A DNA stretch of 39,601 nt from Chiloscyllium plagiosum (GCF_004010195.1 NC_057718.1:101466629-101506229), one strand, 5' to 3'. Shown: positions 22,103 through 34,026, numbered from the stretch's first letter. Notes: generated by a model not told the origin, from the letters alone. Made by a program: numbers and translations.

Positions 22103-23455
22103 ACATTCTCATTGTGGTCTCAGCTACGCTGTCCTGTCTGCTTCCTCCGTCACCTTGACTCCCTCCCAACTCCTGGCGTCTCCCTTAGTAAGCACTGACA
22201 CTTCCTCTCGGCACACCATTTCAAAGCCCAGGCTTACACATGGTCACAGAATGTCTCAGGTACTGCGAGACCTGGGTCTCCGAGAGCAGGAGCACACCGT
22301 TAAGGGTCTAGAGCGAGTGACAAAAAGTTTCCATCGGCGAATGCAATATTATTCATGTCCCATCTGTTGGTGCAGTTCTAAATTGGCATAAATATATATC
22401 CCATCTGTTCGTCTAGTATTAAACTGGAATGAACACACGCTCCACCTGTTATTACAGAATTGAACTGGTTTAGATGTTTATTTCATCGTTCTCTGTGCAG
22501 TCGTGTGTGACTGCATTCGATAAAGAGTGGGGTCATCTTTTTAGTCTATGTGCTGCCAAGGTATAAACTGCTAAGGTATGCAGAGTAAATCGCCTGTCCA
22601 ACCTGTCCTCAAAGCACAGTAATGCTCGTGAATTATGTGATGGATGTCAAACCGCCTTGGGGATGACAGAAGGCACACGTGCTAAATTTTATCTCTCCCC
22701 TGTCTGCACTGGAGAGATATAAATGGGATTGTTTCTGTTGACTTTGTAGATTGAGCCCAGGGTGATTGCAATTGTTTCAGCCTCGCTGTAGTATTTTAAA
22801 TGCAGTGTGGGGGTGTGGCACCAGCATGTTGGTGTTAAATTGTCTCCTTCGCAGAGATTCTCTCTCTCCATCTTCAACGATTTTATATTGGACGTTGGTT
22901 AAGCAGGAGTGTGCCAATGGTTTTTCAGTATATGAGCTGGCTCCTTAAGATGTTTTCAAATCAGTCTATCAGAAATATTATTGCACACCTCTGGGACTTG
23001 AACCTGCGTCTCCTGCCTCAGAGGTCGAGGTACTACTGCTGTACCACAATGGTTCCTAAGCTGACTTCATTAATTTTATTTTCCAACATGCTGCCTAGTC
23101 TTGAGTGGTCCATTGTGACCTTGGCTGGTTATCCCTCATCCACTCTGCAGTTTTTCACTCAGCAAGTGCACTGTCTCCCCCAAATACTTTGTGTCTTCCA
23201 GGGTTGACAGGTCTGTCCTACGAAGAGAAATTGGTTCGATTGAGCTTGTATTCACTAGGTTTTACAAGTATAATGGGGAATCTGTTTGAAATGCATCATA
23301 AAATTCTAACAGAGCTGGACACGCATGGTGCAGGGAGGATATTTTCTCTGGTTGGAGACTCTACAATCAAGGGGCACAGTCTCCGGATACAGGGTAGGCC
23401 CTTTCAGACTGAGATGAGGAGATGTTTCTTCACTCAAGGGGCAGTGAACCTGTGG

Positions 23456-23716
23456 GGTGGCATGCTGGCTCAGTGGTTAGTGCTGATGCCTTGCAGCACG
23501 AGGGACCTGGGTTGGATTCCATCCCCAGGTGACTGTGTGGTGTTTGCACATTCTCCCTGTGTCTGCGTGGGTTTCCTCCCACAGTCCAAAGATGTGCAGG
23601 TTAGGGTGGATTAGCATGGGAAATGTCCAGTTGCAGGGATAGGATGGGATGCTCTCCAAAGGTGTGACTTGTTGGGCCGAATGGCCTGTTTCCAGACTGT
23701 GGGGATTCTGTGATGA
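23456..23716 (+). mobile_element. HE1-type V-SINE with 11-bp TSD
   Basis: ggcatgctggctcagtggttag (A box), gggttggattcc (B box) and V-domain. Perfect TSD tgaacctgtgg at 23445-23455 / 23717-23727. Confidence 0.9.
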
Positions 23717-23843
23717 TGAACCTGTGGAAAGTTCTGCCACAGAAGTCTGTGGAGGACAAGTCACTAAATATATTGAAGAAAAATAATTTTCTATATTAAA
23801 AGCATCAAGGGATATGGCACTGCAATAAAGGATCAGACATGAT

Positions 23844-24384
23844 CTGCATTTTGGGAAAGCAAATCTTAGCAGGACTTATACACTAAATGGTAAGGTCCTA
23901 GGGAGTGTTGCTGAACAAAGAGACCTTGGAGTGCAGGTTCATAGCTCCTTGACAGTGGAGTCGCAGGTAGATCGGATAGTGAAGAAGGCGTTTGATATGC
24001 TTTCCTTTATTGGTCAGAGTATTGAGTACAGGAGTTGGGAGNNNNNNNNNNNNNNNNNNNNNNNNNNNNNNNNNNNNNNNNNNNNNNNNNNNNNNNNNNN
24101 NNNNNNNNNNNNNNNNNNNNNNNNNNNNNNNNNNNNNNNNNNNNNNNNNNNNNNNNNNNNNNNNNNNNNNNNNNNNNNNNNNNNNNNNNNNNNNNNNNNN
24201 NNGGTGGAGGCTGGTACAATTGCAACATTTAAGAGGCATTTGGATGGGTTAATGAATAGGAAGGGTTTGGAGGGATATGGGCCGGGCGCTGGCAGGTGGG
24301 ACTAGATTGGGTTGGGATATCTGGTCGGAATGGACGGGTTGGACTGAAGGGTCTGTTTCCATGCTGTACATCTCTGTGACTCTA
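23844..24384 (+). mobile_element. CR1 family A 3' fragment spanning an assembly gap (N 24042-24202)
   Basis: LHFGKANLSRTYTLNGKVL..VESQVDRIVKKAFDML / VEAGTIATFKRHLDG, tail tctctgtgactcta. Confidence 0.9.
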
Positions 24385-24809
24385 AGTAGATTGGTGGAGC
24401 AGGTTCTCAGGGGCTGAATGACCTACTCCTGCTCCTGGTTTCTATGGTCCTGTGCTCCTTGCTTCAATCATTCCATAGTAAGTGAAATGTAGTTCCATAT
24501 TCTCATCACTGGATGAGCAACAGAGCTTCTCCTGAGTACTTTATTTGATTTACTGGTGACAGTCTTATCTTTTAAAGCCCTTTAGTTTTGAACTCATCCA
24601 CAAACTGAAATATTTTTTCTGCTTCTACCCTTTTGAATTCTTTCACAACCTTAAAGACAGTGATCAGGGCTCTGCTGAGACCAAAGGTTCCTAACCTGTT
24701 CAATCTTTCTTGGTAGCTCGAACCTCTCAGGCCTGACATTATATTAGTGAATCTTTCGCACTTCCTCCAATTCTTCTGCATCATCTTCATAATGCAGAGA
24801 CAATAATAC

Positions 24810-25488
24810 AGGTGGTGATGGCCTAGTGGTATTATTGAAGGACTGTTAATCCAGAGACCCAGGTGATGTTCTGGGGACCTGGGTTTGAATCCTGCCACAG
24901 CTGATGGTGGAATTTGAATTCAATAAAAAGTTGGAATTAAGAGTCTAATGATGACCATGAATCCATTGTCAATAGTTGGGGAAAACCCATCAAGTTTACT
25001 AATGTCCATTAGGGAAGGAAATCTGGCATCCTTACCTCATCTGGCCTACATGTGACTCCAGATCCACAGCAAGGTGGTTGACTCTTGACTGTCTTGTGGG
25101 CAATTAGGGATGGGTTATAAATACTGGCTTAGCCAATGATTAGATTACTTTACAGTGTGGAAACAGGCCCTTCGGCCCAACAAGTCCACACCGACCCGGT
25201 GAAGCGCAAACCACCCATACCCCTACATTTACCCCTTACCTAACACTACGGACAATTTAACATGGCCAATTCACCTAACCTGCACATCTTTGGACTGTGG
25301 GAGGAAACCGGAGCACCCGGAGGAAACCCACGCAGACACGGGGAGAATGTGCAAACTCCACACAGTCAGTCGCCTGAGGCGGGAATTGAACCCGGGTCTC
25401 TGGCGCTGCGAGGCAGCAGTGCTAACCACTGTGCCACCGTGCCGCCCACCACCAATGATACCCTCATCCTGTGAATTAATAAGGAAAC
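24810..25488 (+). mobile_element. tRNA-derived SINE with a family-Z LINE tail, interrupted by HE1
   Basis: A box tggcctagtgg, B box gggtttgaatcc, body tagggaaggaaatctg..tggcctacatgtgactccag and tail gggcaattagggatgggttataaatactggcttagcc. Confidence 0.75.
25141..25451 (-). mobile_element. Full-length young HE1-type V-SINE with 8-bp TSD
   Basis: Minus strand begins gggcggcacggtggcacagtggttagcactgctgcctc. TSD ccaatgat at 25133-25140 / 25452-25459. Nearly identical to 4161-4452. Confidence 0.93.
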
Positions 25489-25879
25489 AGAACTATTCAC
25501 AGTGCTCAAAGCTGCATAGGTTTAACATAACTTCCCTGCTTTTGAATTCCGTTCCTCTTGAAATGAACCCCAGTGTTTTGCTACACTTTTTAATGCCTGT
25601 TTTAACCTGGGTCAGCACCTCAAATCCTTTATAATTCTGTATTCTTCTCAATCTCTTGAGGCCTCCATCCATTTTGGACTCATTCACTCCAAGGAGTAGG
25701 AAGTCTCCTTATTCTTCTGACCAATATGCACCACTTCGCACTCATCTGCACCAAAAATTAATTTAAATGAATATTTGGCAAGCTCATCTGCATTATCTCC
25801 TTACTTGGTTCTTCCAAAGCCCTTCTGGTTGGCATCCCATTTTCCACCATCAGTAAACTCCAATTCATCATGAACTCAG

Positions 25880-26320
25880 TCGTTCCCCACCTCCCACTCA
25901 CCTACCAACCTGGTCACGTTGGCTTTTGTTGCCTCTGTCACTCAATGCCTTCAATTTGAAATTCCCATTCCCTTCTTGCTCCCATTGAGCCTGACACAGC
26001 GACAGTGCCTTCCACTGTTTATGTTCAAATGAACCCACCCAAGGTGCTTCATCTCCAACTCTTCTAAGAACCTCCTTTAGATCATCCATTATGGCCAGGT
26101 TTTTGGTCACCCTTCCTTTTGTGCCTTTTTTCCTACATGATAGTAATAACTGCACTTTGTAAGTACTTACCGGACTATGGATCATTCTGCAGTCATCAAA
26201 GGCGCTACAGCAATGGAAGTCTTCCTTTCTTTACCTCGGCCTCCATCGATTTCTGATTATGCCTCGGAGGGCCCCTGAGAGATTTGTCAATGTTAAAGTG
26301 ATTATATAAATGCAAGTTGT
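25880..26320 (+). mobile_element. Decayed L2-like 3' ends
   Basis: ccaggtttttggtcacc, aaaggcgctacagcaatggaagt and atgttaaagtgattatataaatgcaagttgtt resemble L2/Deu-SINE tails. Confidence 0.4.
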
Positions 26321-26740
26321 TCTTCAAACAAATCCTTAATTCTTCTTTAAAAGAATTTATGGACTTTATTTCACTGATGATTTATGACAAAGAATTCCAC
26401 ATTCTAACCACCCTCTGTGTAAAGGATTTCTCTCTAACTGCCCTTCAATTCTTTTTTGTGATTATCTTAAATAATTATGGTCGGTGGAAACAATACATCA
26501 TTGCTCATTACCACTTCAGAATCAAAATATCTCTGACAGATTGTCCATTAATCAAACCATCTATAGTTTATTGAAAAAAAATCCCATCTTCTCAAGTTTC
26601 TGCTCATAACTGTGAATTCTCAACATCAGTAGTAGCTTAATGGACATCTGCTGTACTTTTCCTGTTGCTTTTATATTCAACATACAATGGGATGTCCAGA
26701 ACTTAAGACTCAAATGTTAGTTCAACTCCTGGCCTTTACA
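26320..26740 (-). mobile_element. Highly decayed CR1 fragment
   Basis: aaagaattccacattctaaccaccctctgtgtaaagga (FTQRVVRMWNSL on the minus strand) and tgtccagaact. Confidence 0.5.
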
Positions 26741-26945
26741 AACTCTCACTTTCATTGTTAGTCTGTTCTCAGTTTGTAGATGCAGAAGAAATGATCACAT
26801 TTGCCCCTCCTATATCCCGATCTATTTATGCTGCAACCTTTGATTGACAAAAGGTACTTCTTGGTTGCATTGAAAAGCTCACTAATTAAGTCGTATAATT
26901 TCCAAACTAATCTTTGATTTATTTACGGGATGTGGGTTTTGCAGA

Positions 26946-28384
26946 ACAGTGGTTAGGCCACTTTTGGAATACTGCATTCATTTCTGGTCTCCTTGCTGCA
27001 GGAAGGATGTTGTGAAACTTGAAAGGGTGCAGAAAAGATTTACGAGGATGTTGCAAGGGTTGGAGGATTTGAGCTACAGGGAGATGCTGAATAGGCTGGG
27101 GCTGATTTCCCTGGAGGGTCGAAGGCTGAGGGGTGACCTTATAGAGGTTTATCAAACCATGAGAGGCTTTACCAATAGGGTGAATAGCCAAGGTCTTTTC
27201 CCCAGGGTAGTGGAGTCCAAACCTGAAGGGCATAGGTTTAAGGTGAAAGGGGAAAAATTTAAAAGGGACCTCAGGGGCAACATTTTCACACAGACGGTAG
27301 TGTGTATATGGAATGAGCTGCCAGAGGAAATAGTGGAGGCTGGTACAATTATAACATTTAAAAGGCATCTGGATGGGTGTATGAATCGGAATGGTTTAGA
27401 AGGATATGGGCCAAGTGCTGGCAAATGGGACCAGATTAATTTAGAATATATAGAGTTTTTTGAAGAAGGTACAAAGAGGGCAGTGTGATGGATGTGATCT
27501 ATGTGGACTTCAGTAAGGCATTCAACAAGGTTCCCTATGGGAGACTGGTTAGTTCTCATGGAATACAGGGAGAACTCGCCATTTGTATACAGAACTGGCT
27601 CAATGGTAGAAGACAGAGGGTGGTGGTGGGGGCTTGTTTTTCAGACTGGAGGCCTGTGACCAGTGACCAGTGGAGTGCTGGATCCACTACTTTTCGTCAT
27701 TTATATAAATGATTTGGATGTGAATATAAGAGGTTTGTAGTAAGTTTGCAAATGACACCAAAATTGGTGGTGTAGTGGACAGCGAAGAAGGTTATCTCAG
27801 ATTACAACAGGATCTGGACCAGATGGGCCAATGGGCAGAGAAGTGGCAGATGGAGTTTAATTCAGATAAATGCGAGGTGCTGCATTTTGGGAAAGCAAAT
27901 CTTAGCAGGATGGATACACTACAAGGGTGTTGCCAGGATTGGAGAATTTGAGCTACAGGGAGAGGCTGAATAGGCTGGGGCTGTTTTCCCTGGAGCGTCA
28001 GAGGCTGAGGGGTGATCTTACAGAGGTTTAAAAAATCATGAGGGACATGGATAGGATAAATAGACAAAGACTCTTCCCTGGAGTCGGGGAAACCAGAACT
28101 AGAGGGCATAGATTTAGGGTGAGAGGGGAAAGATATAAGAGAGACCTAAGGGACAATTTTTTCACATGAGGATGTTATGTGTATGGAATGAGCTACCAGA
28201 GGATGTGGTGGAGGCTGTTACAATTGCAACATTTAAGAGGCATTTGGATAGGTATATGAATAGGAAGGGTTTGGAGGGTTATGGACTGGGTGGTGGGACT
28301 AGATTGGGTTGGGATATCTGGTTGGCATGGATGGGTTGGACTGAAGGGTGTATTTCTGGGCTGTACACCTCTATGACTCTGTAA
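26946..28384 (+). mobile_element. Two CR1 family A fragments in tandem (about 26946-27450 and 27451-28384)
   Basis: ORF 26949-27488 runs VRPLLEYCIHFWSP..GKWD and then jumps back to IEFFEE. The second copy has DVIYVDFSKAFNKVP, a deletion near 27915 and the tail tctatgactct. Confidence 0.9.
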
Positions 28385-28404
28385 CTATGAAATCAGAATC
28401 AATT

Positions 28405-28743
28405 GCTCCTCCCACCCCCATTTGCCCTTAGGAAGCTGGGAGAGAACTTCCTCCTTGAATTCAACTAGAGGCTTCTCAAGGGGCATTTAACAGTCAACCA
28501 CAGCATTGTAGGTCTGGAGTTACATGTCGGCCAGACCAGCTTAGAATGGCAGATTTGCTTCCTTCAAGGAGACCAGTGAACCAAGTGGGAGTTTATAACA
28601 ATCCAGCAGTTCACGGCCATGAATACTGCCTGTTTAATCCAGAATTAATTTGACCGATTGAGTTTAAACTCCCCAGCTGCAGTGGTGTGGATTTGAACTC
28701 ATGACTCTGGATCATTAATCCAGGCCTCTGGATTACTATTCCA
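28405..28743 (-). mobile_element. tRNA-derived SINE (same family as 24810-25488)
   Basis: ggtctggagttacatgtcggccagacc...gatttgaactcatgactctggatcattaatccaggcctctggattacta. Confidence 0.65.
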
Positions 28744-29039
28744 CCCCTGAAATACAAGGACAATGGGATGCCACAATGTCAACTACTCACTGTCCCTATG
28801 ATGAATGACCTCTTATTCTCATCTCCCCTATCCTTCATCTGTTTATTTTCTCCTGCATTCTTCCATGGTCCTCATCACACTTTGCCTTGTCCTTAATTTG
28901 CTTTCACCATTAAATTTCGAGATTGCTTCCTCCCACTATCCTAAATTCAGATCATTCACATGCATTCAGACGAGCCTTGCTGCGTGTTTTCAATCCGAGA
29001 GATACTTATGCAGATTCGCTTGGTAGTGCAGAACTTGAA

Positions 29040-29220
29040 TATTTCTGAAAAGAGAGACACTTTGCCAAAGCTTTTCCTCTCGCGATCATCAGGACACATG
29101 CGAGAATTCCAAATCTCAAACAATCAGAACAATTGATACCACAGGAGAGGAGTGCTGGCTGGTTGGCAAGCTAACACTGATTGGTCAAGATGTTCCCATG
29201 GAGCAAGCAACAATGAATCT
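29040..29220 (-). mobile_element. Possible further hammerhead-bearing repeat (family P5), degenerate
   Basis: Minus strand 29096-29063 reads UGUC-CUGAUGA-UCGCGAGAG-GAAA-AGCU-UU-GGCA. Confidence 0.45.
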
Positions 29221-29377
29221 TAGGCTGCCCAAGCTCCCAAATAATTCAGCAAAGCTTGAACATGCCCCTTTTGTTTGCAGAGGATATATTCTTGTGTTTG
29301 AGTTTATCTCAATCTCCTAATGTCTCTGCTAAGTTCTCAATGTGGTTCGTTTACGCTTTCTAGATGTGACTTAACTT

Positions 29378-29838
29378 GGACGGCACGATGGCTCAGTGGT
29401 TAGCACTGCTGCCTCACAGCCCCAGGGACTTGGGTTCGATCCCAGCCTCTGTGTGGAGTTTGCATGTTCTCCCCATGTCTGTGTGGGTTTCCTCTGGGTG
29501 CTCCGGTTTCCTCCCACAATCCAAAAGATTAGGTGACATGGCTATGCTAAATTGCCCAGTGTTCAGGGATGTGCAGGTTAGGTGCATTAGTCAGGGGTAA
29601 ATGTAGAGTAATAGGGTAGGGGAATGGGTCTGGGTGGGTTACTGTTTGGAGGGTCGGTGTGGGCATGTTGAGCTAAAGGGCTTTTGCCTGAAACGTCGAT
29701 TTTCCTGCCCCTCGGATGCTGCCTGACATGCTGTGCATTTCCAGCACCACTCTAATCTAGTCTCTGATTTCCATCATCTGCAGTCCTCACTTTTGCCTTG
29801 TTGGGCTGAAGGACTTGTTTCCACACTGTCGGGATTAT
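29378..29838 (+). mobile_element. HE1-type V-SINE interrupted by a P1 repeat (29677-29798)
   Basis: ggacggcacgatggctcagtggttagcactgctgcctcacag, gggttcgatccc, V-domain. Insert agggcttttgcctgaaacgtcgatt...cagtcctcactttt. Duplication at 29666-29683 / 29799-29816 (15/18). Confidence 0.88.
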
Positions 29839-30929
29839 ATGTCCTTCCTACCCAGGGTACGAATGCTGTTGCGAGTATGACACCCACCCAACACCTAGGA
29901 TTGAGGAGAGGCCCAGAAGCAGTCAGCGATGTTGGGAGGGAGGTCATGGAGGATGCTTGAGGAGGGGAGTTCCTCTCCCTGATGCTGGGTTGCTCGATTG
30001 GTCGCTCAGTATGTTTGAACAAGGTTTCTGTTCCAAGATCTCCAAACTAATATGCCAGGGTTTGTTTATCTGATTCCTCGCACAGTGAGTTCACTATCTA
30101 TCGCTGGGTTAATATTCACAATAATTATCCACTGAAGCACCCCATTGGGTAGCGAGGCAAGGAGACCATCCATGGGCTCTCTCCTAATCAACCTAATGAA
30201 GGTAGGAGTGGGGTCTCCATTTCTCACCCTCCTGCCTGGTTTAAAAGCACACCCTGTTATCCACACGCCAAGTGGGAGGTCACAGGTTTCCACCCATTGG
30301 CCCTGTTACTCTCCACACTTGCTGCCTGACATGCTGAGGCTTCCCAGGATCTTCTGCATGCACGGCACTCGTTTTGGGGCAGTTTCATTCTGTGTGAGTT
30401 CCCCTTATGAAGGGTGACCTTCCAACACTCAAGGAACAACCTCAGAATCCCTCCTGTCAGGCTGGAGGGACAGTCGGGGGAGGAGCGAGAGTTGAATAAG
30501 GTTTCAAAACCCAGACCCCGCACCCCCCACCAGGGCCTCGGTGGCATTTTTCAGAAGACCCTAAACTCAGGCTCCACTGTCAGTAGGAACCTCTGGCAGA
30601 CTGTAACTGACACACTTTTGAGTATTACGTTACAGTTTCCAGTGGATGGTAGAGATAGGTAGTAGGATTTCAAGACGTTATTGTGATTGGCTGCGATCAG
30701 AAAGATCAGGTGTTTTCTTGGAGATACGCTTGTCCAGTATTTCAGCTTGGCAGGTTTACTGTGCAGGATGTCAGCACCATAGGCTTGAGTGAACAGGTAT
30801 TTGCCTATAAGAGTCTTACTGGGGCAGAGTGACAGGCTCCTGATTTCCGAAAGATGTTTTCATGCAACAGTTCGCCACTCGATTATTTTATTCACCAGTT
30901 TGATTTAGAAGCATTCATCAAAGAAACAG

Positions 30930-31060
30930 AGTGCTCTGATAAAGGGTCATTGAACCTGATATGTCGACTCTGTTTTTCTCTCTCCCCAGACCTGCTGAGT
31001 TTCTCCAGCAATTTCTGTTTTTGTTTCAGATTTCCAGCCTCTGCAGTTCTTTGGTTTATT
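30930..31060 (+). mobile_element. Penelope-derived repeat (family P4), decayed hammerhead
   Basis: ctctgataaagggtcattgaacctgatatgtcgactctgtttttctctctccccagacctgctgagtttctccagcaatttctg...tttccagcctctgcag. Confidence 0.72.
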
Positions 31061-31126
31061 CCAGAGTCCCCCTCATACTTGACTTTTCCCCTTCACTGGA
31101 GGCTAACTGTCTCCATTTAATGATAA

Positions 31127-31504
31127 AAAGGAAGTCTTTCATTTGTATGGCGCCTTGCATGACCTACGGATACTCCAGAATGCTTTATAGCCAATTAGGC
31201 ACTTTCAAAACTTACTCAATGTTGTAGGAATTCACACACACTGAGGCTAGCAGTGTAACGTTGACCAGAATACCTGTTGTTGTGATGCTGGTTGAGGGAC
31301 AAACATCAGGACCCTAGGGATAACCCACCTTCTCTTCTTTGTGAGTTCCTTGGCAGCCATTTGTTCAAGTAGCTGTGACCTTTGACCGACAGCACCTCAG
31401 GGGTATCGACTTAGATTTTGTGCTCAGGTTTCCAGAGTGGGTCTTGAACCCACCACCAGCAGACTCGGGAGGCAAGGGGCCTATTCACTGAGCCACAGCT
31501 GTCA
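31127..31504 (-). mobile_element. Deu-domain SINE (SacSINE1-like)
   Basis: Minus strand has the tRNA head tgtggctcagtgaa..gtgggttcaagaccc, cctcaaccagcatcac..ctggtca and the tail aaggcgccatacaaatgaaagac. Confidence 0.68.
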
Positions 31505-32845
31505 CTGCCAGCATTTCCTGGTGCTGTGAATGCCCGAAGCCAGAGTGTGGCCTTTGGTATTTTGCTGTGCAGCCATTAGAACTCCCGCAGGCAGAGCAAC
31601 AGCAGCCGCTGAAACGGCCTTTTATTTTTGAATACATTCCTCGCTCCCGCAGTCAGATTGAGAAATTGCTGGGTGACTAGAGCAGATGCAATTCTGTAAC
31701 CAATGCTTTCTGAACCCCATGCCTTAGCTGGCAGGACAGAATCCAAGAAGCTCTCATTAAAACTTTGTTCTGTGACTCCCTGCTCCTTCCCCAGTGTCAC
31801 GTCACATTTCATTCCCCTGAATCCTCCTGGGAGGCTAGTTACTGAAGCTGACAACACAACTGTACAAATATCTCCATAAAGGTACGGTTACGAAAGACTG
31901 CCTCTCCAGTTTGCAAAGACAATCCCAGCATTGTGGCAAAAACTCAGAACAGGCAGCTTGCAGTGTATCACTCTGATAATTATCTCCTGTTTGTGAAGCA
32001 AAAATCACATTATATTCTCTCATACAAAGGTTGCACAGTGGAGAGACTCGGATTCTTGCAAATATGCCTGTATTTTCTCGGAGGGAAAATAATTTGATCA
32101 GGAGTAGTCCGCGAGGTTTTTAAAACAAATTTACTGGCAAGTTTCAAGATGAGCTCATACAGTTCTGTCAGTGAGTGGCTTAATACCTGCAAGTTGACCA
32201 CTTCTTCCTGTTATTTGAAAGTTTCTCAGCTTCAAAGGTCAAAGCAATTAGCTCAAGATACTTCTGCTTGTCTTGCTCAGGACCTGGAGTTTCACAAAGT
32301 GTCAGCCCGTAGTCACAAAGCATTACAGGATGCCAAATTTCCATTTCTACTTCTGCTGGAATGATTAGCTTTTCAAAGTCTCCTGTCTGGAGTCATCTCA
32401 ATCAACCCTGAGGCAACTACTCAATACAGTTCAGGAGCTGTGATTCGCCGTCAGTTATGATAAATATTGAAAACCATTCACCCAATTCCAGTTTTCATAG
32501 CATCATTTTTCTCTGCTACCCAACAGGAACTCTCTCGATCTCCAAGTTGACGAGAGATTCTCAAGAATCTTGCAGCCACTGCATGTAGATTCCAGTGAAA
32601 ATCTGCTAATGGGGTTTTCTGTCTTCAGTTTGCTTCGATTGAATTTGCATATTCAGTAGTTAGTTGCTCCCAAAGCATTTCTACCTCAACTGCTTTAAAA
32701 TGTTGGCAGTAGATCTTGTTGTGTCACAGTGTAAATATCCTGAATGGTTCCCTTGCTGCAGAGAACCCAGTCCCCAACACTTGAGTTGGAGATTGGTGCA
32801 TTCCTAATGCTAGGCCAGACAGCCACCTGCAAGGGACCGAACTCA

Positions 32846-32945
32846 GAACAAAAATAGAAATTGCAGGAGAAACTCAGCAGGCCTGGCAGTGTCTTTGGAG
32901 AAAGCAGTGTTACTGTTTTGAGTCCAGTGACGCTTCTTCAGAACA
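32846..32945 (-). mobile_element. Penelope-derived repeat (family P4), decayed hammerhead
   Basis: Minus strand gttctgaagaagcgtcactggactcaaaacagtaac...ctgctgagtttctcctgcaatttct. Confidence 0.72.
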
Positions 32946-34026
32946 GTAAAGACCCTTTGTTGATATTTCCTGGACTTAGCAAGGAGCAAAGACAGTTCCT
33001 TATTGGTCCATTGGAGATGTGTCTTCTATTTGCAAAGTCAACCATTCTATCAATCCTTGGAAACACTTCAGTTGATGGTCTGGTTGTAGAAAGATGGAAA
33101 CTTTTAGATAGACTCAAATATACTTACACGTATGCTGTTGTTCAACAAAACTGATTAATCTGTACCAGTAACTGTGATATTCAAGCATAGCTTTCAATAT
33201 TTCTGTTGCAATTTCAGTTTCCCATGACTGATTTGTATTTCACCCTTTCAGAGGTCACGAATGACCATTTTGTTTAACACAGATAAACTAGATTAGATCA
33301 CAACTGTAAAGACTGCCAAAAATTGCCTCACCATTTCATTTGGAGTGGGAATTGGTCCTTGCAGTTTCATTGTGACCTCACCACAATCAATTCAAGGATG
33401 AGTTTCACAATATTGGATTTGGTTGTTGCTTTGGCTTGTAAGAGTCTGATACGAAGCAATTAAATAATGCTCATCTTTTGATTTCATCCCCCCGTCCCCC
33501 CCACGGTGCAAGTCTTATAATGATTGACAGAAGGGTTTTATCTTTTGAGTAGCAAATTTGCTGCGATCTGGAAGACAGAAATATATAGATGGTACATTTG
33601 CTGTCAAAAGGACATTTGAGGAAGTGCAAGTTGGGTTCAAAAAATGAAACTGGACTATGTTGCTAAGAAAGCTCCTTGTTTCCCCTCATTTTAAGTAAGA
33701 AAATGAAGGTTTAAATAGAGATGTACCTCTTCTGGAAGTCATGAGACCCCATACTATAAGCAAATTTTCAATATCTTCAACCACGAATGTTCCCTGTACT
33801 TGAAAGGAGCCTTTGCAGAGAGATGGGGCATGAGAAGGGAGAGGGATGAACTTCTATCTCAGAGCAGTACTCTGAGGGGCTGTCCTCTAACATTGTATGA
33901 TTCAAGGCACTTAGTAGCAAAGCAATTAATTAATTGCATTGTGCAGTAGCAGTGGAAACGTTTTATATAATGTCTTTAATTTAGCTTGTTTCAAGAGCAC
34001 TCCCTGAATATCTGTGCATGACTTGT

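Larger units (their letters stand above)
23199..24452 (+). mobile_element. CR1-type 3' fragment (family B) interrupted by an HE1 SINE and a family-A CR1
   Basis: GLTGLSYEEKLVRLSLYSLGF..RRCFFTQGAVNLW continues after the SINE at 23717. The 3' UTR ggatcagacatgatct resumes at about 24385 as agattggtggagcagg...gacctactcctgctcct. Confidence 0.78.
24470..25780 (-). mobile_element. Old CR1 fragment split by nested SINEs (pieces about 24470-24790 and 25490-25780)
   Basis: ERFTNIMSGLRGSSYQERLNRLGTF (ORF 24572-24898) and KTLGFISRGTEFKSREVMLNL (ORF 25493-25687) are collinear CR1 ORF2 segments. Confidence 0.65.

Noticed and set aside
23170..23207. ILCVFQG as the next MACROD exon (VDRIIFCVFLE-like)
   Set aside because: Only a 3-residue match, no suitable acceptor or phase, and it runs into a CR1 fragment.
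25380..25447. tRNA genes at SINE heads (also 11647, 23456, 24810, 29378)
   Set aside because: A and B boxes run into SINE bodies and LINE-derived tails, and no complete cloverleaf is evident.
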